Assembly: GCA_963768625.1 (NCBI GenBank)
Contig: CAVYIK010000003.1
Location: forward strand, 518,715 to 582,714
Direction of reading: 5' to 3'
Length of the DNA: 64,000 bases
From: an uncultured bacterium
GTDB lineage: Bacteria; Patescibacteriota; Minisyncoccia; UBA6257; 2-01-FULL-56-20
The position numbers and the translations under genes were made by a program. Position 1 is the stretch's first letter. The number at the start of each line of letters is the position of its first letter. Under the pieces are notes generated by a model that had not been told where the DNA came from, did no database searches, and worked only from the letters and a program-made list of their open reading frames with translations. This document shows, piece by piece, positions 1 to 9,314 of this stretch.

Positions 1-653
1 GGAAGGCGGGGTTTACGAAGCATAACGGGCCGCACGACCTTTCTCCCGCATATCTGCGAAAATGCCTTGAGGGAAGCCTGAAGCGCCTCCGTACCGATTA
101 TCTAGACATATACCAGCTGCACACCCCTCCGATGGACCTTGTCGAAAAAACTCCGGAGGCGATCGAAGAATTGAAAAAGATGAAGCAGGAAGGGAAGATC
201 CGTGCTATCGGTATTTCGGTAAAAAATCCCGCAGATGCCATTCCGGCAATTGAAAAATATGGCTTCGAGTCCATTCAGGTGAATTTCAACATGATCGACC
301 AGCGCGCGCTTGAATTCGGCGTCTTTGACCTCGCCGAAAAGCATGGCGCAGGGATTGTCGTAAGAACTCCCCTCGCATACGGTTTTTTGACGGGCACGAT
401 AAAAGATATTCATTTCGGTCCGCATGATCATCGTTCCGCGTGGCCGGAAAACCAGCTTAAACGATGGGCCGAGGCGCCAGAGCTCTTCGCTTTTTTGAGC
501 AAAGGGAAAGACTGGACGCCGACACAGCTGGCATTGAAATTCTGCATCAGCTTTCCCGCTGTTTCCGTAGTGATCCCGGGCATATTGCACCCAAGCGAGG
601 CCGAAGAGAACGCGAAGGCGAGCGACCTCCCGCCACTCGGGAAAAAGAAATAG
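1..653 (+). CDS. aldo/keto reductase, 5'-truncated by the window edge
   Basis: In-frame upstream of the 132..653 ORF the sequence reads LEGSLKRLRTDYLDIYQLHTP, the typical AKR signature. The C-terminal half fits the AKR fold. Confidence 0.8.
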   Translation, partial: KAGFTKHNGPHDLSPAYLRKCLEGSLKRLRTDYLDIYQLHTPPMDLVEKTPEAIEELKKMKQEGKIRAIGISVKNPADAIPAIEKYGFESIQVNFNMIDQRALEFGVFDLAEKHGAGIVVRTPLAYGFLTGTIKDIHFGPHDHRSAWPENQLKRWAEAPELFAFLSKGKDWTPTQLALKFCISFPAVSVVIPGILHPSEAEENAKASDLPPLGKKK

Positions 654-757
654 CGGCCGCCGTTCAGGTTTATAAGGACCACGAATTTTTTGACAGGTCC
701 GCAGCCAGGGCGGCATAGGTCCTCTTCTCTTGACTTACGATAACGGAGCGGCCTATT

Positions 758-1378
758 ATGAGTCCTGTGACCAAGGATGAACTTATTGCATTTGAATCGG
801 AAATCGCTGATACCTATTGCGCCGGGAAAATAAGAGGGCCGGTCCATCTTTCTGACGGCAACGAAGATCAACTTATCGATATTTTCAAAAATATCGATAA
901 GGAGGATTGGGTATTCTCAACGTGGCGCAGCCATTATCACGCGCTCCTGCACGGTATCCCCAAAGAGAAAGTCAGGGAAGAGATTTTGAAAGGGAATAGC
1001 ATCACTCTTTGTTTTCCGGAGCACCGCTTTTTTGCGTCTGCCATTGTGAACGGTATTGTGCCGATTGCGACCGGCGCGGCCCTGGGGATAAAGAGGAAAG
1101 GAGAAAAACGCCACGTCTGGTGCTTCGTCGGCGATATGGCAGCCGAGGCGGGCGTTTTTTATGAGAATGTAAAATATGCGGATAACCATAAATTGCCGAT
1201 TACGTTCGTCATTGAAGACAACGGAGAGAGCGTTGGGACGCCGACGGATGTCGTATGGGGATACGACAAATCAAAACAGAAGCCGGACTATCTTTCCTGG
1301 AAGAGGAGCAACATACTTTATTACCGCTATAAGAAGAAATGGCCTCACGTCGGGGCCGGGAAATGGGTCACATTCTAA
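758..1378 (+). CDS. short TPP-dependent dehydrogenase E1 alpha-like subunit
   Basis: 206 aa. GDMAAEAG...N TPP-binding (GDG-x-N type) motif. The layout resembles the pyruvate/2-oxoacid dehydrogenase E1 alpha core but is much shorter than the canonical ~330 aa. Confidence 0.7.
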   Translation: MSPVTKDELIAFESEIADTYCAGKIRGPVHLSDGNEDQLIDIFKNIDKEDWVFSTWRSHYHALLHGIPKEKVREEILKGNSITLCFPEHRFFASAIVNGIVPIATGAALGIKRKGEKRHVWCFVGDMAAEAGVFYENVKYADNHKLPITFVIEDNGESVGTPTDVVWGYDKSKQKPDYLSWKRSNILYYRYKKKWPHVGAGKWVTF

Positions 1379-1382
1379 AGCC

Positions 1383-1928
1383 ATGAAATATCTTGAAGAA
1401 GTCAAAAAATCAACCCTTTTCCTCGCAGAACATCCGAAAACGATCTTCATCGGCCAAAGCGTTTCATATCCCGGCAATGCGATCTATACGGGCTCTCTGA
1501 AAGAGATTCCCATGGAGAAAAAGATCGAAATGCCGGTGTTCGAAGAGACGCAGATGGGGCTTTCTATAGGGTTGGCTCTTGAAGGCTTTATTCCGGTCAG
1601 CGTTTTTCCGAGATTCAATTTTTTAATTGTCGCGCTGAACCAACTGGTCAACCACTTGGATAAGATCCCCCATATATCTCAAGGAAAGCTTCGCCCGAAG
1701 GTGATCATAAAGACCATGGTAGGAAGCGTGCGGCCCTTGGATCCGGGCATACAACACAAAAGCAACTTCACCGATGCATTGCGGAAGTTGGTCTCTGAAA
1801 AGAACATCATAATTGAAGATTTGATCGAGCCGGAGATGATCTTTCCCGCTTATAAGCGGGCACTTGAACGGGAAGATGGAGTATCCACCTTGCTCGTAGA
1901 GTACGGTGATTACTACAACGAGAAATAA
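1383..1928 (+). CDS. short E1 beta-like / transketolase pyrimidine-binding subunit
   Basis: Start moved to the internal ATG (MKYLEEV) 5 nt after the upstream stop. FEETQMGLSIGLALEG matches the E1 beta / transketolase Pyr-domain motif. 181 aa. Confidence 0.65.
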   Translation: MKYLEEVKKSTLFLAEHPKTIFIGQSVSYPGNAIYTGSLKEIPMEKKIEMPVFEETQMGLSIGLALEGFIPVSVFPRFNFLIVALNQLVNHLDKIPHISQGKLRPKVIIKTMVGSVRPLDPGIQHKSNFTDALRKLVSEKNIIIEDLIEPEMIFPAYKRALEREDGVSTLLVEYGDYYNEK

Positions 1929-1938
1929 CTCCTAGAGC

Positions 1939-2946
1939 ATGATCATAAGCAGAACTCCATTTCGGATATCTTTTTTTGGCGGAGGTACGGACTATCCGAT
2001 ATGGTACGAAAAGCATGGCGGTGAGGTGCTCTCAACAACCATTGATAAATATTGCTATGTTACTTGCCGACGCTACCCTCCTTTTTTTCAGGATAAGGTG
2101 CGCATCGTTTGGTCCAAGATAGAGCTCGTGGAACATGCCGGTCAGATCGAGAACCCTGTTGCCCGGGAAGCCCTTCTCCATCTTAACCTTCAGAAAAATA
2201 TCGAGATCCATCACGCCGCCGATCTCCCGGCGAAGTCAGGCCTGGGAGGGAGTTCTTCTTTCGCAGTGGGGTTATTGAATGCTCTCTATGCGCTCCTCGG
2301 GAAGGAAGCCACCAAAGCCCAGCTCGCGAGTGAGGCGATACATATAGAGCGGGAACGCGCGAAGGAGAACGTGGGATCTCAGGATCAAGTTGCCGCAGCG
2401 TTCGGGGGTATGAATAAGATTACTTTTCACCCCAACGGCAGAATAGATGTCGTTCCGGCGAATGTTCGCGCCGACGTGCTCAGAGGCTTGCAGGACAGGC
2501 TCCTTCTTTGTTTCACCGGCCTTTCGCGGAGCGCCTCTCAGGTGGCAGGCGCCCAGATCGAGAACACCCCTCAAAAGGAAAGGGAATTGGGGGCGATGCA
2601 GGCAATGGTTGGTCAGGGGGTTTCTTTCTTGGAGAAGGGCAAGCTCGACGATTTCGGAAAGTTATTGCACGAATCGTGGCAACTAAAAAGAGGACTGAGC
2701 TCGCTTATCGCGAACGAACACATTGACGGTATTTATGAAACCGCGCGGAGCGCCGGTGCCTTGGGTGGGAAACTCCTGGGGGCGGGCGGGGGAGGCTTTA
2801 TGCTTATTTACGCCGACCCTGCGTGCCATGCCGCCATCAAAGCAAGACTGTCAAAGTTTTTGTTTGTGCCGTTTGAATTTGAGAACGAAGGCAGCCAGGT
2901 GATCCACCGAAGCGGGGGAGCACTGGAGGACGTTCACTTTTCATGA
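1939..2946 (+). CDS. GHMP-family sugar kinase (heptose-7-phosphate kinase HddA-like)
   Basis: N-terminus MIISRTPFRISFFGGGTDYP and GHMP motif PAKSGLGGSSSFAVG. Neighbours are GmhB-like and nucleotidyltransferase genes. Confidence 0.8.
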   Translation: MIISRTPFRISFFGGGTDYPIWYEKHGGEVLSTTIDKYCYVTCRRYPPFFQDKVRIVWSKIELVEHAGQIENPVAREALLHLNLQKNIEIHHAADLPAKSGLGGSSSFAVGLLNALYALLGKEATKAQLASEAIHIERERAKENVGSQDQVAAAFGGMNKITFHPNGRIDVVPANVRADVLRGLQDRLLLCFTGLSRSASQVAGAQIENTPQKERELGAMQAMVGQGVSFLEKGKLDDFGKLLHESWQLKRGLSSLIANEHIDGIYETARSAGALGGKLLGAGGGGFMLIYADPACHAAIKARLSKFLFVPFEFENEGSQVIHRSGGALEDVHFS

Positions 2947-3890
2947 GTAAGCCGCGCGTATCTATACTGACACCCGTTTATAATAGCGAAAAATATATCG
3001 CGGAGACGCTCGATAGCATCGTAAGCCAGACCTTCAAGGACTGGGAAGTGATCCTTATGGATGGGGCGTCAAAGGATCGGACGCTTGAGATCGCGCGCAG
3101 CTATGCGGAGAAATATCCGAACATCAGGATATTCTCCGCCCCCGACGAAGGACCGTACGATGCATTTCATAAAGCATTGCCGCACGTCCGGGGAGAATTC
3201 ATCTCCATGGTGTGCGCCTCCGACGGGTTTTTTGAGAAGCGCTGGCTTGAACTCTGCGTGGATGCGTTCGATAAGGACCGGGAAATTTCCATCGTGTGGG
3301 GCGTTCCCATGGACGTTACCGAGGACGGACGCGTTATCGGCCCCCATTTTGCCTTCGCGCATTTCCTTAAGGGATCGGGAACCCGCTCCGCATTTCTGAA
3401 AGAAGCATGGAAAAGGGTCAGCCGCCCTTCTTTGCTTATTAGTTCGATCAAGAAGTTCAACGTGACGCGCATGAAGGCAGCGAAAGGCATCCTCTCGATG
3501 CAGGAACCGCCGCAGAAACAGGATTGGTTCCCTTATTGGCTCGCGACGGGCGCCGTGTTTCCTGACGGGAATATGTGCGTTGCGAAGAAAGTATTCATGG
3601 AGTGCCTTACGCCGTATCATAAAGGTACGCGCGAAACCGGTGATTGGATGAGCTTTTACTTTGACGTCAACGCGAGGGGATATCTTCCCTGGTGCATTCC
3701 TCTCCCGGCTAATTTCTCACGGAAGCCCGACGAGCACTCCGTTTCCTACAGGGTAGCGGCCTATAACGACGCAAAACGTGCGGTTTACTTCAAGAAGATC
3801 GCTGCGCTGCGCCGCGAGCTCAAACAGCATCCAGAAAAAATAGTTTTCAGGGATCGCTCCGGGAAGGTGATTGGGCGTCCTTTGTTATAA
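2943..3890 (+). CDS. glycosyltransferase family 2
   Basis: SILTPVYNSEKYIAETLDSIVSQTFKDWEVILMDGASKD is a typical GT2 N-terminal DxD-fold signature. ATGA overlap with the upstream gene. Confidence 0.8.
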   Translation: MSKPRVSILTPVYNSEKYIAETLDSIVSQTFKDWEVILMDGASKDRTLEIARSYAEKYPNIRIFSAPDEGPYDAFHKALPHVRGEFISMVCASDGFFEKRWLELCVDAFDKDREISIVWGVPMDVTEDGRVIGPHFAFAHFLKGSGTRSAFLKEAWKRVSRPSLLISSIKKFNVTRMKAAKGILSMQEPPQKQDWFPYWLATGAVFPDGNMCVAKKVFMECLTPYHKGTRETGDWMSFYFDVNARGYLPWCIPLPANFSRKPDEHSVSYRVAAYNDAKRAVYFKKIAALRRELKQHPEKIVFRDRSGKVIGRPLL

Positions 3891-3900
3891 TCTTTAGAAA

Positions 3901-4752
3901 ATGGCTCAGAACACCGGGAAGCGGCAACCAACGGTGAGCATCATAATGCCGACCCACAACCGCGTGGGACTCCTCGCGCGTGCGATAAAAAGCATTCAGG
4001 TGCAGTCGCTGAAGGATTGGGAACTTATCGTCATAAACGACGCTTCTCCGGATGATACAAAGGCATTCCTTGACGGCCTTGCGAAGCGGGATCCGCGGGT
4101 GCGGCCCGTCCATAACGAGAAGAACAATTACCCGGATATCTCAAAGAATCTGAATCGGGGGCTCGCGCTTGCCCGTGCTCCCTACGTGGCGCGCCTTGAT
4201 GACGATGATTATTGGTGCGACGACGCGAAGCTTGCAAAGCAGGCGGATTTTTTGGACGCGCACCCGGATTATTTAGTGACGGGAGGAGGCACGATCGTGA
4301 TTGACGGGAAAGATGCCGAACGGTACCGCTATCTGAAGCTTGAAAGCGATGCGGCGATCCGCGATAAAATATTTTTCGCGAATCCCTTCACTCATTCCAC
4401 GGTGATGTTCCGGCGCGATGCGGCGCTCGCTGCAGGCGGCTACGGCAATTTCAAGAACGCGGAAGATTGGGACCTTTGGCTTCGCATGGGCCTCCGCGGG
4501 AAGTTCTATAATTTTCAGGAGTATTTCGTGCGCTATCTTGTGACGGACGAAAGCAAGACATTCGTCTTTAAGCGTTCACAGTCGGAGGAGATACTTCGCC
4601 TCCTTCGCGCGCACCGCGGCGAGTATCCCCATTTCATCCCCGGCTTCACGCTGAACGTTTGCCAATATCTCTACAGCTTGCTTCCCTATGGCATTCGGAA
4701 ATTGCTGCATAACGTGCTCTCACGCGCGAAGCGGAGCTTGTTTTCAAATTAA
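3901..4752 (+). CDS. glycosyltransferase family 2
   Basis: VSIIMPTHNRVGLLARAIKSIQVQSLKDWELIVINDASPD and an RLDDDD motif. Confidence 0.8.
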   Translation: MAQNTGKRQPTVSIIMPTHNRVGLLARAIKSIQVQSLKDWELIVINDASPDDTKAFLDGLAKRDPRVRPVHNEKNNYPDISKNLNRGLALARAPYVARLDDDDYWCDDAKLAKQADFLDAHPDYLVTGGGTIVIDGKDAERYRYLKLESDAAIRDKIFFANPFTHSTVMFRRDAALAAGGYGNFKNAEDWDLWLRMGLRGKFYNFQEYFVRYLVTDESKTFVFKRSQSEEILRLLRAHRGEYPHFIPGFTLNVCQYLYSLLPYGIRKLLHNVLSRAKRSLFSN

Positions 4753-4769
4753 GGGATAGAATAAAGATC

Positions 4770-5906
4770 ATGGACAAAGTCTATCGGGATTCGCTTCGGC
4801 TCCACCGCAAGTATCGCGGCAAGTTGGCGGTGGAGGTCAAGGTGCCCCTCAAGAACAGGAAAGACCTTTCGCTCGCCTATACCCCGGGGGTCGGCCAGGT
4901 AAGCGTCGTGATCGGGAAGGATCCGAAACTTGCCCGCGAGTATACGATAAAAAGGAACACCATCGCCATCGTTTCCGACGGGTCGGCCATCCTCGGTCTC
5001 GGCAATCTTGGCGCTGAGGCCGCTCTTCCCGTTATGGAGGGCAAGGCGGCCCTTTTTAAGCGTTTTGCAGGGATCGATGCGTTCCCCCTTTGCCTTGCCA
5101 CGCAGGACCCGGAGGAGATCATCCGGACCGTGAAGAACATCGCGCCGGTCTTTGGCGGTATCAATCTTGAGGATATTTCCGCGCCGCGGTGCTTTGAGAT
5201 CGAACGGAGATTGCAGAAGGAGCTTTCGATCCCGGTCGTGCATGACGACCAGCATGGTACTGCGGTCGTTGTACTTGCGGCGCTCGTGAATGCCCTGCGG
5301 CTGCGCCGTTTGCCAGCTCCTCGCGCCCGGATCGTAGTAAGCGGCGCCGGCGCCGCAGGCACGGCGGTGACGAAGATCCTCCTTGATCACGGGTGCCGAG
5401 ATATTGTTGTTTGCGACAGCAAAGGAGCGATCCACGCGCGGCGGCGGGACCTGAATTCTGAAAAGGCGGCGCTTGCACGGGTGACGAACCCGCGCAGGAT
5501 TGAAGGAGAACTTGCAGACGTCATCCCGGGAGCGAATATTTTTATCGGCGTGAGCAAACCGGGGGTACTTACCGAAGCGATGGTCCGTTCCATGAGCAAG
5601 GATCCCATCGTCTTCGCGCTCGCGAACCCTGTTCCCGAGATCATGCCCGGGCTCGCCGTGCGCGCAGGAGCTTTCATCGTGGCGACGGGGCGCTCCGACT
5701 TCCCAAATCAAGTAAATAACGTGCTCGCATTTCCCGGCATCTTCCGCGGGGCGCTTGACCACAGGATCAAGCGGTTCACCCCTAAGATGTTCGTGAACGC
5801 CGCCCTGGGCCTCGCACGGTGCGTGAAGCACCCCACGCCCGAAAAGATCCTTCCCGATGTCTTTGATAAGAGCGTGGTAAGCGCGGTCGCCAAAGCGATT
5901 TGCTGA
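4770..5906 (+). CDS. NAD(P)-dependent malic enzyme (short form)
   Basis: LSLAYTPGV, GNLGAEAALPVMEGKAALFK and AFPGIFRGALD match the malic enzyme N- and NAD-binding domains. Confidence 0.85.
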   Translation: MDKVYRDSLRLHRKYRGKLAVEVKVPLKNRKDLSLAYTPGVGQVSVVIGKDPKLAREYTIKRNTIAIVSDGSAILGLGNLGAEAALPVMEGKAALFKRFAGIDAFPLCLATQDPEEIIRTVKNIAPVFGGINLEDISAPRCFEIERRLQKELSIPVVHDDQHGTAVVVLAALVNALRLRRLPAPRARIVVSGAGAAGTAVTKILLDHGCRDIVVCDSKGAIHARRRDLNSEKAALARVTNPRRIEGELADVIPGANIFIGVSKPGVLTEAMVRSMSKDPIVFALANPVPEIMPGLAVRAGAFIVATGRSDFPNQVNNVLAFPGIFRGALDHRIKRFTPKMFVNAALGLARCVKHPTPEKILPDVFDKSVVSAVAKAIC

Positions 5907-5956
5907 AACGTCGGCGGTTCTTTGACATCCCCCTCTCAAATCTTTATTGTGGGGGT

Positions 5957-6514
5957 ATGGATAAAAAGCGCGTGAAGGCGGTTTTCCTTGACCGCGACGG
6001 GGTCATCAATGAAGACATGCGGGGAGGAAGCGACCCCGCGGACCTCAGATTCCTCCCGGGCACCGCGGAGGCCATCAAGCAATTGAACGGAAAACAATAC
6101 CGGGTCATCGTCATCACCAATCAGGGCTGGATCGCAAAGGGGGTTATGACCCACGAAGCTGTCCGCGCCACGAACGCCTCAATGCAGGAGCGCCTGAAGA
6201 AACAGGGAGCCGTGATTGATGCCGTCTACTACTGCCCGCATCATCCCGATGGGACCATCAAGGAATATGCGATTACATGCGATTGCCGGAAGCCGGAGAC
6301 GGGTATGATCCATCGGGCGATCGCGGATTTCAATATTGATCCGGAAGGAAGCTTTTTCGTGGGAGACACGACGGGCGATATTCTTGCGGGCAAGCGGGCT
6401 GGCCTTGCAACGATACTCGTGAAGACCGGCTTCGGGGGCGCCGACAAGCGTTTTGAGGCGACGCCGGATTTCGTGGCCGACGACCTGAAAGATGCAGTAA
6501 AATATATTTCATAA
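5957..6514 (+). CDS. gmhB: HAD-IIIA phosphatase, D,D-heptose 1,7-bisphosphate phosphatase-like
   Basis: VFLDRDGVIN (HAD motif I), zinc-site pattern CPHHP...CDCRKP and GDTTGDILAG. Start set at the ATG after the malic enzyme stop. Confidence 0.8.
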   Translation: MDKKRVKAVFLDRDGVINEDMRGGSDPADLRFLPGTAEAIKQLNGKQYRVIVITNQGWIAKGVMTHEAVRATNASMQERLKKQGAVIDAVYYCPHHPDGTIKEYAITCDCRKPETGMIHRAIADFNIDPEGSFFVGDTTGDILAGKRAGLATILVKTGFGGADKRFEATPDFVADDLKDAVKYIS

Positions 6515-6516
6515 CC

Positions 6517-7230
6517 ATGAAAGGCGTCATTTTGGCCGGAGGAGAGGGGAAGCGGTTACAGCCGCTTACGCTTGAGGTCCCGAAGCCGCTCATCACGATT
6601 AAGAAGAAGCCACTTATCAACTATAACCTCGGCCTTTTTGGGCGCTACGGCGTGAACGACGTGAAAATATTGATCCGCCCGAAGGACGGGAAGGATTATT
6701 CGCGGTGGCTCGCCGAATATAAAAGCGAATTTTCCGGCATGAAGATAGAGCTCATCGAAGAGACGGAGCCCATGGGAACGCTCGGTTATATTTTCCACCA
6801 TCTCCGCGGATGGATGGGGAAAGAAGACGTGTTCGTGACGAACGGCGACGACATCAAGGAGGTGGACCTGAAGGCGATGCTCGCGTTTCACCGGAGCCAG
6901 GGCATCCCGGTCACGCTTGCGCTCATGCGCATGGAAAAGCCGGACGACTATGGGGCCGTTCTTGTGCGCGAGGACAAAGTGAGCGATTTCCTCGAAAAGA
7001 AGCCAGGCCTCGCGGCGGGGTTCGTTTCTGCGGGGATGTATATTATTTCTCCCGCCGCACTTGTGCACGTAGAGAAAGGCCTTGAAAACGGCCGTAAGTT
7101 CTTGCAATTCGAAAAAGACATGTTCCCGGCGCTCGCAAAGAGCAAAAAACTGGGCGGGTTTGTTACCGAAGGTACCTTCTACGACTGCGGCACGTTTGAG
7201 CGCTGGGAAAAAGCGATACGCGAGATATAA
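6517..7230 (+). CDS. sugar-1-phosphate nucleotidylyltransferase (HddC/ManC-like)
   Basis: MKGVILAGGEGKRLQPLT is the canonical nucleotidyltransferase G-rich loop. Confidence 0.8.
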   Translation: MKGVILAGGEGKRLQPLTLEVPKPLITIKKKPLINYNLGLFGRYGVNDVKILIRPKDGKDYSRWLAEYKSEFSGMKIELIEETEPMGTLGYIFHHLRGWMGKEDVFVTNGDDIKEVDLKAMLAFHRSQGIPVTLALMRMEKPDDYGAVLVREDKVSDFLEKKPGLAAGFVSAGMYIISPAALVHVEKGLENGRKFLQFEKDMFPALAKSKKLGGFVTEGTFYDCGTFERWEKAIREI

Positions 7231-7258
7231 TATCGCGGGCGCGGCGCGAGATGCCCTT

Positions 7259-8749
7259 TTACGCAGCAGTGGTCTCTGCCGCGGGAGCGCTTTGTGATAC
7301 GAGCAAATGCTTTATTTCAATAAGGAGGGGTTCCCGGAGCACGCGGAGCACCGCGAAGTAGACAAGCGCGGAAAGGACGATGTTCGCGATGACGTTCGCG
7401 CCGAAGAAGAATAAGGCTGTGGTTGCGATGCCCATCGTCACGCCTGCAATGACGATCTTGCGGAGCGACGGAAGCACTTCAAAATAATTTATCTTTTTCA
7501 TCACGTGCCAGAGATACCAATTACTTGCGATCTGGGCAAGGAGGGTCGCGACCGCGGAACCAGCGATGCCGAAGCGGGGGATGAGTAAAAGGTCAAAGAC
7601 GACGTTCGTGATGCCCCCGATCGCGCCGGTCACGATGAGGCTTTTCTGGCGGTCATAGGCGAATATCGCGCTGCTTATGACGACCGCCGGAAAGTCAAAC
7701 AATAGGCCGATTGCAAGGATTTTGAAGGAGAGTCCTCCGGTGGCATACGCCCCGCCAAAGACAAGGGCCATGATCTGCGTGCCGAGGACCGCGCTGCCCA
7801 CGGCAAGCGGTATGGAGGCCAGGAAAATGAGGCCGGTCGTTTGCTCAAGCGCGGTTCGGAATTTTGTCTTGTCGCGGTTCGCGAAGCGCGAAAAGAGCGG
7901 CAGGGTGCTGTATTGGAGCACCATAGGTACAAGATAGAGCACTTGGATGATGCGGATAGCGGAAGAATAGATGCCGACGTCGGATGCGTTTCGCATCCAG
8001 CTGATGATAAGAACGTCGGTGTTCGTAAGGAGGAGCCCGAGGGCGCCGGTTATGGCGAACGGCCATGCCGAACGGAGGATGGGCGCGACAAGGGATGACG
8101 AAAAATATGAGGACAGCTTTTTGAAGTAGCTCCGGACGATGAAGACGGCAAGCGCGATGCCGAGCGCATCACCTACGACGTAGGCCCATGCGAACGCTCC
8201 GGGCGTTCGCGAAACGGCGAGGAAGAGGAAGCCGAAGGCGAGGATGCCGAGGTTCGTGAGGAGGAAGATCGCAGCGTCAAATTCCATTTTCTCCATGCCG
8301 CGTACGAGCGAAGTGAAGAATTCGCGGAGCGTGTCGAACGCAAGAATGATCGCGACGATGGGGAGCAGCGCTTTCGCTCCGGGGAGCGTCGAGAAATAGG
8401 GGGCGATAAAAACGATGACAAGGATCCCGATTGCAAGCAGTATCAGTTTTAACACGAACGCGGTCGAGAAGATCTTCCTGCGCTCGTCCTCGCTTATCCT
8501 CCCCGTTTCGCGCATGACGATGCTGTTCACCCCCGGGTCCATGAAGAGCGTAAGGAACCCGGCAAGGGTGATCGCATAGGAGAACACGCCCCACCCGTCG
8601 GTGCCGAGGACCCTTGCGCCATAGACGATAACGCCGGCTTTTATGATCCGCCCGCCGAAATTCGAGACGGTAAGCCAGAAACTGTTCTTCGCGACGGTCT
8701 GTTTCGTCGTCTTGTTCTCAAAAAGGAAGGATCGCAATTTTCTAAACAT
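7259..8749 (-). CDS. polysaccharide flippase (Wzx / MOP superfamily)
   Basis: Polytopic membrane protein with a typical polysaccharide-biosynthesis-protein layout. Start trimmed to MFRKLRSF (ATG at 8749); the upstream ORF extension would overlap the divergent gene. Confidence 0.8.
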   Translation of the reverse strand: MFRKLRSFLFENKTTKQTVAKNSFWLTVSNFGGRIIKAGVIVYGARVLGTDGWGVFSYAITLAGFLTLFMDPGVNSIVMRETGRISEDERRKIFSTAFVLKLILLAIGILVIVFIAPYFSTLPGAKALLPIVAIILAFDTLREFFTSLVRGMEKMEFDAAIFLLTNLGILAFGFLFLAVSRTPGAFAWAYVVGDALGIALAVFIVRSYFKKLSSYFSSSLVAPILRSAWPFAITGALGLLLTNTDVLIISWMRNASDVGIYSSAIRIIQVLYLVPMVLQYSTLPLFSRFANRDKTKFRTALEQTTGLIFLASIPLAVGSAVLGTQIMALVFGGAYATGGLSFKILAIGLLFDFPAVVISSAIFAYDRQKSLIVTGAIGGITNVVFDLLLIPRFGIAGSAVATLLAQIASNWYLWHVMKKINYFEVLPSLRKIVIAGVTMGIATTALFFFGANVIANIVLSALVYFAVLRVLREPLLIEIKHLLVSQSAPAAETTAA

Positions 8750-8807
8750 TCTCGTCGTGCTATAATGACCAGTATCGTAATAGTATCCCGAATACGGTGT
8801 TTCGTAA

Positions 8808-9314
8808 ATGAAAAAGAAAACAGTCCGGCGCAAAAAAATAGTGGTTGCCGTAAGCGGCGGCTTTGACCCGATCCATATCGGCCACATACGGATGTTCGAG
8901 CGCGCGCGAGCGCTTGGCGACGAATTGGTGGTGATTTTGAACAACGACAACTGGCTTCGTGCGAAAAAGCAGCATATTTTCATGCCGCAGGAGGAACGGA
9001 AAGAAGTTTTGGAGTCGCTCCGGCCGGTGGACCGCGTGATCCTCACGAAGCACGGCAAGCATCCAAAAGGTCCGCAAGAGATGAGCGTGAGCCGCGAGCT
9101 TCGCAAGATCAAGCCGGACATTTTCGCGAATGGCGGCGACCGAAACGAAAAAAACGCGGCGAACCCGGCTTCTTCGCTTTATTGGGACATCAACACCTGC
9201 GGACATTTGGGGACCGAGATGGTGTTCAATATCGGCCACGGAGGCAAGATCCAATCCAGTTCGTGGCTTTTGGACGAATACGTGAAAAAGGTGGCCGGAC
9301 GGGGAGCCGCCTAG
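8808..9314 (+). CDS. cytidylyltransferase-like nucleotidyltransferase (RfaE domain II / TagD-like)
   Basis: VAVSGGFDPIHIGHIRMF is the GxFDxxHxGH motif of the cytidylyltransferase fold. Confidence 0.75.
   Translation: MKKKTVRRKKIVVAVSGGFDPIHIGHIRMFERARALGDELVVILNNDNWLRAKKQHIFMPQEERKEVLESLRPVDRVILTKHGKHPKGPQEMSVSRELRKIKPDIFANGGDRNEKNAANPASSLYWDINTCGHLGTEMVFNIGHGGKIQSSSWLLDEYVKKVAGRGAA

Noticed and set aside
4749-5939. Long antisense ORFs opposite well-supported genes. Examples: 396 aa opposite the malic enzyme; 8760..9755 opposite the cytidylyltransferase/epimerase; 16753..17607 opposite groES/groEL; 28806..29576 opposite gyrB; 46457..47287 opposite parA/parB.
   Set aside because: High GC suppresses stop codons on the antisense strand. 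The translations are Arg/Pro/Gly-rich with no motifs, while the sense strand encodes clearly recognisable conserved proteins.
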